DNA of 37,801 nucleotides from Candidatus Heimdallarchaeota archaeon (GTDB lineage: Archaea; Asgardarchaeota; Heimdallarchaeia; Hodarchaeales; Hodarchaeaceae): NCBI GenBank assembly GCA_019057635.1, contig DXJL01000025.1:1-37801 (forward strand), in the 5' to 3' direction. How positions within the stretch are numbered: position 1 is the stretch's first letter; every line of letters starts with the position of its first letter. Of the stretch, positions 36,928 through 37,801 are shown piece by piece. The notes beneath the pieces were generated by a model. It saw nothing but the letters and a program-made list of their open reading frames with translations. It had not been told where the DNA came from and made no database searches. Position numbers and translations under genes: made by a program.

Positions 36928-37254
36928 ATGGAATTGACACAATTAGCTGCTGAAGTTGATACTTTCATCGACAAACATGGCGGATACTGGGATCCAGCTT
37001 GGCTTCTTTCTGCCCTGACTGAAGAACTTGGTGAATTGTCGCGTGCTATACAAATTTTTGCTGGAATAAGGAATACGGGGGCATCAACCGTATCTCCTGC
37101 GATGATTCAGAATATTGAAGAGGAAAGTGGTGATTTGCTGTTTGCTTTACTTTGTTTAACAAATAATTTTAACGTAGATTTAGAAAATGCGCTGTTAAAC
37201 ACGCTTAAAAAATACAGGGAGCAGGAATCTGGCACATATAATGCCGATAGCTGA
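36928..37254 (+). CDS. MazG-like nucleotide pyrophosphohydrolase
   Basis: LTEELGEL...IEEESGDLLF acidic motifs; GGYW motif of the YpjD-like subfamily. Confidence 0.88.
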   Translation: MELTQLAAEVDTFIDKHGGYWDPAWLLSALTEELGELSRAIQIFAGIRNTGASTVSPAMIQNIEEESGDLLFALLCLTNNFNVDLENALLNTLKKYREQESGTYNADS

Positions 37255-37314
37255 TAATATATATTCCAGTATTTGGAAGCAGAGATCGAACATAAATTTT
37301 ATGGAAATGAGATT

Positions 37315-37801
37315 ATGGCAAGTACAATAAAACTTGTGGCTGGAATCATCATTGTTCTAATAGGATTTCCAATTTTCCTTGGTGGATCTGCAATTCTACT
37401 CGTTACACCCATATTTGCAGATGATCAGGGATATTTTGTCTCAGAAAGTTATCAAATTACTGAGGATGATGTTACTGCGATTCGTTTGGATATTCCATTA
37501 GACGATGTTCAGCTAGGTATAAGGATTGATCCTTCGAATTTTGTAACTCTCAAAGTAAATGCTTTCGGGGAAACAAATGAAGAAGTATTCTTGGGATTAA
37601 CAACTGATGAGCAGGCTGATGTTTTTTTAGAAAATGTTTCGTATCTAGAAATTACAAACTTAGACTTCTCAACTGCCTTTCCATTTGACTCAGAGGAAAA
37701 TGGTCCAGCAATAAGCATGGTACCAGTTATTAGTAGTAATCCAACAAGAATTCCTAGTTCTACTGATGCCGATTGGTTATTAGGAGGAGAAGAATTAGGA
37801 A
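37315..37801 (+). CDS. Membrane-anchored protein (3' end outside window)
   Basis: Manual translation: MASTIKLVAGIIIVLIGFPIFLGGSAILLVTPIFADDQGYFVSESY...VFLGL; the frame is open to the window end. Confidence 0.75.
   Translation, partial: MASTIKLVAGIIIVLIGFPIFLGGSAILLVTPIFADDQGYFVSESYQITEDDVTAIRLDIPLDDVQLGIRIDPSNFVTLKVNAFGETNEEVFLGLTTDEQADVFLENVSYLEITNLDFSTAFPFDSEENGPAISMVPVISSNPTRIPSSTDADWLLGGEELG

Noticed and set aside
1-37801. CRISPR arrays, transposases, integrases and replication-origin ORB boxes
   Set aside because: No regularly spaced repeats or relevant protein motifs were seen by eye.

Overview
This AT-rich, gene-dense archaeal window is most likely from an Asgard archaeon (Heimdallarchaeia/Hodarchaeales-like). 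That assignment is inferred from the density of eukaryotic-signature genes: Arf-like and Rab-like GTPases, three stand-alone roadblock/LC7 genes, three longin/uDENN-like proteins, a membrane RING E3 and a Yip1 protein. Housekeeping genes include cdc48, PAC2, cinA, R15P isomerase, nreA, EndoQ, maf, tnaA, RibD reductase, mptA and MazG, plus an SRP RNA at about 23363-23665. The leading candidate for an undescribed system is a minus-strand cluster at 5157-12146. It encodes a divergent tubulin/FtsZ-superfamily GTPase, a 1173-aa rod-like helical-repeat protein and two helical or coiled-coil unknowns, and may be a cytoskeletal module. Other notable items are a four-hairpin leader with a possible Shine-Dalgarno (SD)-sequestering switch upstream of a small Zn-ribbon gene, two probable CTG start codons, a degenerate MinD/ParA-longin-wHTH fusion near a Rab-like gene, and an Arf-roadblock/longin fusion. 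No CRISPR array, tRNA, rRNA or mobile element was seen. All family calls come from motif recognition by eye; no searches were run.
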